In this document: piece by piece, positions 58,871-64,000 of the stretch
Numbering within the stretch: position 1 is the first letter of the stretch
Layout of the letters: every line of letters starts with the position of its first letter
Origin: Macrostomum lignano
Taxonomy: Eukaryota
Length of the DNA: 64,000 nt
Direction: 5' to 3'
NCBI GenBank assembly: GCA_002269645.1
Contig: NIVC01000219.1
Location: forward strand, 1 to 64,000
Notes under the pieces: generated by a model
Told to the model about the DNA's origin: nothing
Database searches by the model: none
Seen by the model: only the letters and a program-made list of their open reading frames with translations
Position numbers and translations under genes: made by a program

Positions 58871-61800
58871 CCCAACTGTTTCTAAAAATAACATTATCAC
58901 GAGGGTTACGCGTGGAAAAGTGAAGAATTGAAGGCCATGGGCGCATTTACATGCATGAATAGACAATGACGCTAATGAGGTTGGGGTGTCAAAAATTGAA
59001 GAAATGGAGAGGGAATCTTACTAGACTCTTGGGTGAAAAGATGAATTCGTAAGAAAAATGTACGCAAATGAGCACTACTAGTAGCATTATAAGAGAGTGG
59101 GTAGTGGCGGGTAAACAGGGTAAACGCTGGAGAGAGATTTCCGTGAGTAGTTGAGGGGCACACGAAGGAAAGATAGAGTGAGTATAGGCATAGCAGTAGA
59201 TATAGAAGCAAATAATAGTTAAAACGAATCAGCGAGAGTCAGCGGGAGAAGGGATCTATCAAATATTTGAAGGGGAAGAGAAAAGAGAGGGAAGGCGAGC
59301 ACTTGCTCAATGCATAATTAATAGTTGAGACTAATACAACATTTGCAGGGGGCATTGTAGCATCTCGTAGAAGAGAAGTTTTCAGGTTCCTGCAGCTTGC
59401 CAATTTTGGTTAAGAATGGCCTTGTCCTTGGATCAAGTGACGCGCATACATGTAGTGACAACTGGCCAAATCTGCTTAAAACAGATATAATTCCCTTCTG
59501 AGTGGTATTCCTCAATATATGAAGGGCAGCAGGCGCTAAACAACGCACTATTTCGCATAAATCTCGCCATTTATCGAGCTATACTAGAGTCGCAGAAGTA
59601 CATGTACAGTACACCCGCGACATGCCTCGCCCACTAATATCGTCAATGCGGCCACATAAGGACTCGACTCTCGAACTTCTTCCGATGGGATTCCGCTCAT
59701 CAGAAGCGTCACTCCGAGCACTGCATGGCTTCATAGCACTACTGGTTGCCTGGCACTTACTTAGAGGGTGTATAGCTATATAGAGTATGATCATTTGACC
59801 TTTACCAGACAGACGTGAGGACCCCTGTACAGCAGTCTGTCAACCCCCGGTTCCCTGGCTTGCTTCCGGTCCGCAGTGACAGCTGGTACTTTTATTTTCT
59901 CAAATGTACTGATTGTGAGCAATTTTGTTGCTATAGATGTTAAAGCGTTCAGTATCAGCGGTTATTAAAACTAGTAGGAAAGTCCAGATTTTGTACCATA
60001 GAAAGACAACTATATACATGTAGGAGGATGTGGAGAGGAATTTAGGGGTCGGTGGTTACAATTAAGACAGGGGCGCGGGAAACTATACTGCACGGACAGT
60101 CGCAGGTACGCGATCGTACCTAGACGGAGAGATAGCAGGATCGAGTGTTGGGCGGTACAGCAGGAGACAGCAAGGACGAGTAAAATTGATATAAAACATA
60201 TCTTTTCGATTGCGTCTTACGCTTCTTTCAATCCTGTGATGACTACAGCTGTATGTTCAAAATTGCAATGCTACACATGTGAAACTATGTACATGTACAT
60301 GTGCGTGTGAATATATACTGTATAACCAGGGGTTACATGTACATGTAGATAGATGTATATCAACGTGAAGTATATCGCTCTGGTGAAGTTTGCGTTGCGT
60401 ACATGTAGATACTGTAGATGCACGTACATGTACTGCACACAGTAGTATAGTCCGTATCAACATTTTGAGAACAGCTAGCTGTGCGCTTTTAAATATTTTT
60501 AAACATTGACATGGTGCTTATATTTCATAATTTCGTTTTTGCATTTCATGCATTCTATATGACGGCTGTCCAAATGAATTTTACATACGTGTATACATGT
60601 ACAATCACATGTAACTCTACGTACATGTACGTCGATCCCCGCGTGTATTTTTATTAGTAATTTTAATGCTAAATTGATCCTAAATAAGATAGAGACACTC
60701 ACATTTACCTATTCTCGGTATTGATCTCGGACCACCGCGCATTACAGTACATGTATATAGCTTGCTATAATATAGTAATATGGGTATTTGATTACGCGTA
60801 CGAGCCTCCTTCAAAGGACTGAAGTGTGGAGATGTACACTGTAAAGTGTGCTGCACGTCAGTCTGACGTTGCATATTCTACTAATTGAAGTTTAAATTCG
60901 TTCCTCGGCTCAAGAAGATATCTGCATACATGTAAGTCCATAAATTCCTCATCAAAAACGATGTGAGACGTTCGTTTTAGCTCCAATTAATTCTGTAAAG
61001 CAATAGAAGTGCTAACCTAAAACATAACTTAACCGTTTCAGTAAATGCAAATATGAGTTACAACGTTCAACAAAAATCTTTAGACTTAGCAACACAAAAT
61101 CACCTTGCCAATGTCAAGAAAATTGTCAAGTGCTCCGAGAGCAAAGATTTGTTTTTCGTTAATACTACTTGCCCTAATCATATTAAATGATTCAAAATAA
61201 AAAACAAAAACAAGGTAAAAATTAGTTTTAGAGGCTTTACATTCAAGTTTGGAAAACATAAATTAAAATATACTAACTATTTTGTTAATGTTCTGCTAAC
61301 AGGGATGTATAATCGGCGATATATAAACGTCTTTTTCTACACAATTTTCAAAATCCAACGAACGAATCAACTAGATCCCGCAGCAGCTGTTAATTAATTG
61401 TTCAGTTCCTGTAAATTTCGTTCTGTAGCCGCACCAACAAAAATCGAAGAAACCATTTTTTTTCTTTGAAAGGTAAGCAAATGTGAAGCATCACTTGTGT
61501 GCACTGTAAATTAACTTAAGCTCTAAAACTTAGATGTAATTTGTCAGGTGACAGGTAGTTATAAAGTAATGATTTAAAATCTTTTTTAGACGCATTTTTT
61601 AGTTTTGATTTTCGTTGAAAAAATATTATAACATAAAAACGAAATTTCTCTTTTTAAATAAGTCAAAAAGATTATAAATACAATCTCATTGGCAGTACAT
61701 CATCTTTTTTGTATATAATTTGTACAATATTAATTAAGAAGATAAAAAAAATCATTTTATTTTTTAAAACTAGCACTCTATTTATAATAACCTTTCAAAA

Positions 61801-62030
61801 GAAAAGTTTATAAATAAAAATAATAAAAAATATTATGTTATTGCACTCATCGAAAAACTTAATATTCGTCTGCTTCTGATTTTTACTTCTTAAGTTTAAA
61901 ATTTTGCCACGTTAATATTATTTACCTTCTTAATTGGTATTTTTATCGTTTCAACTAGCTTAAAATTAACTTGCAGCTGCTCAAAATCCTTTAAAATTCT
62001 ATTCTTTTTTCTCATAGATTTCCACGCAAG

Positions 62031-64000
62031 ATGACGACATCATCGACCATCATTCAAGTGAGCCAGCCCAACGAAAGCGATGTCACAATCCGAATTGACC
62101 TGACATTTCGCAATGGCCAGGCTCCCGTCACAATGCACCAGCAGATTTTGCAGCCACAGCAGCAGCATTCAGTCCAGCAGTCGCAGCCGCAGCATTCAGT
62201 TTGGCAGCAGCAGCAGCCTCCAAGCCAGCAGTCCCAGCAGTTGTCGGCAGCTGCTCAGATCGAACAGCTGATGCGCAACATGAAAAGCCTGGATGTCAGC
62301 CGTGACGTGGCATCACCAGCCGCACCACCTGGCCGTCGGGCCGCCCAGCTTCTTGCCAGCATCAACTCGCAGCCGATACCGAAGCTGAACTTTGAGAACC
62401 GGCGCAGGAAGGCTGCCGAAGCTGCCGCCGCTGCCGACGCTGCTGCCGGAATCGACAGATCTCAGACTCAGGTAACTTCCCTGAGCTCAGTGCATGCTGC
62501 TCAAAGTGTGCATTTGTGAATGCGATCCGGTGTGAATTGACTTCCTTGAGCTCAGTGCATGCTGCTCAAAGTGTGCATTTGTGAATGCGATCCGGTGTGA
62601 ATTGACTTCCTTGAGCTCAGTGCATGCTGCTCAAAGTGTGCATTTGTGAATGCGATCCAGTGTGACTTCCCTGAGCTCAGTGCATGCTGCTCAAAGTGTG
62701 CATTTGTGAATGCGATCCAGTGTGACTTCCCTGTGGTCAGTGCATGCTGCTCAAAGTGTGCATTTGTGAATGCGATCCAGTGTGACTTCCCTGTGCTCAG
62801 TGCATGCTGCTCAAAGTGTGCATTTGTGAATGAGATCCAGTGTGACTTCCTTGTGCTCAGTGCATCCTGCTCAAAGTGTGCATTTGTGAATGCAATCAGT
62901 GTGACTTCCCTGTGCTCAGTGCATGCTGCTCAGAGTGTGCATTTGTGAATGCAATCAGTGTGACTTCCCTGTGCTCAGTGCATGCTGCTCAGAGTGTGCA
63001 CTTGTGAATGCAGCCCAGTATCCAGTCTCAACAACGCCCCATCTCCTTCTCCAGGTCATCGGCATCCCCGACGTCCTCGACAGCGATGACTGGCAGGCCT
63101 CGGGTTCTGACGATGACGCGGGCGGCTTGGACAGCAGCCGCAGGAGCAGCCAGCAGCTGTACCTGCCGAAGGCTCCGCCGCATTCCATTGACCCGCAGAC
63201 CACGACGAACTTTTCCAAACTCGCCAGGGGCGGCGCCGAAGGCAGCGACGATGACGACGACATCCTGCGCGAGCTCGAGGACGGAGACGGCTACAACCGC
63301 GGCGAGGTGCCGGACCGGCGACGCCGCCAGCTGAGCTCCACAACAACCACAACCTTGGCACCCTCGCCCTACTCATCGAACGCCTCCCCGCCAGGATTTC
63401 AGGTCCACACGCCGCCCAGCCACGAAGAGCATCAGCAGGTGCAGTGGCCGCCGCAGGCAGCTCACGAAGTCAGGTAATTCAGCACCATTGATTGCACAAA
63501 ACCGTGAGCCCTGAGCACAGAGCACACTGCATCAAGCTTGTCACTTCATTCCCACACCCGAATTCAGGCAGCAGCACAGCATGACCGTCAATGCTGAGCC
63601 ACCGGTGCAGCAGCAGCAGCCTCCGGTGCCTCCTCAGCCCGCCGCGCCTGAGAAGCGCAAGCGCGGTCGACCGAGAAAGTTCGACACCGGCGCTGCCGCC
63701 AATGGCAGCTCAGCAACTGTTGCTGGGGCCAGCGCCCAGCAGCCTCAGCAGCTGCATCTCCTTCAGCCAAGGCGTCAGGCTGCGATTTTTCTGGGAGCTC
63801 AGCGAGGCAGCCCTGCGGCTGCGGACTTCGTTTCCAGTGAGGCTCTCCGGCTTTGCTTGTTTGAGATGAAATTGCTGAGTATTGGGACTATGAGCTGCTT
63901 TTATACTTAATTCCTCACTGACTTTACCTGCACAGGAGAAGAGCTGCAGGAAGCCCGGCGTGTGATCGGGAACCTGGGGTACGGAGAGCTGACTCAGAAG
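62031..64000 (+). CDS. AT-hook-containing, Gln/Pro-rich protein, 3'-partial
   Basis: Exons 62031-62471, 63055-63473, 63568-63836, 63936->64000; phases 0,2,1 consistent. AT-hook KRKRGRPRK in exon 3, acidic patches in exon 2; exon 4 begins REELQEARRVIGNLGYGELTQK. Confidence 0.78.
62472..63010. repeat. ~60-bp minisatellite filling intron 1 of the AT-hook gene
   Basis: Unit TGACTTCCCTG(A/T)GCTCAGTGCATGCTGCTCAAAGTGTGCATTTGTGAATGCGATCCAGTG; starts right at the GTAACT donor. Confidence 0.95.

Overview
Animal (metazoan) genomic DNA with spliceosomal GT-AG introns. Repeat style and gene content suggest a flatworm such as Macrostomum, which is inference only. I rebuilt eight gene models by hand using splice-phase consistency: a Gli/Cubitus interruptus zinc-finger factor (+, 4866-10705), an uncharacterised 324-aa gene (-, 14014-20938) head-to-head with V-ATPase subunit G (+, 21423-23709), WDR31 (+, 25998-29944), CtBP (+, 35861-39766), a clavesin-like CRAL-TRIO gene (-, 41892-50439), an intronless cytosolic sulfotransferase (-, 55291-56154) and an AT-hook gene running off the right edge (+, 62031->64000). 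Nearly every large intron holds its own tandem micro- or minisatellite, and most long ORFs in the supplied track are artefacts of these arrays. There are also several 5'-truncated or internally deleted RTE-like LINE remnants and degraded LTR-retrotransposon integrase fragments. I found no CRISPR array, rRNA, credible tRNA or prokaryotic system, and no clear-cut new biological system. The best leads are a quadruplicated exon/splice-donor junction in CtBP, a Gli that appears to lack canonical Hedgehog control motifs, the intron-specific satellite pattern and the unassigned 324-aa protein.
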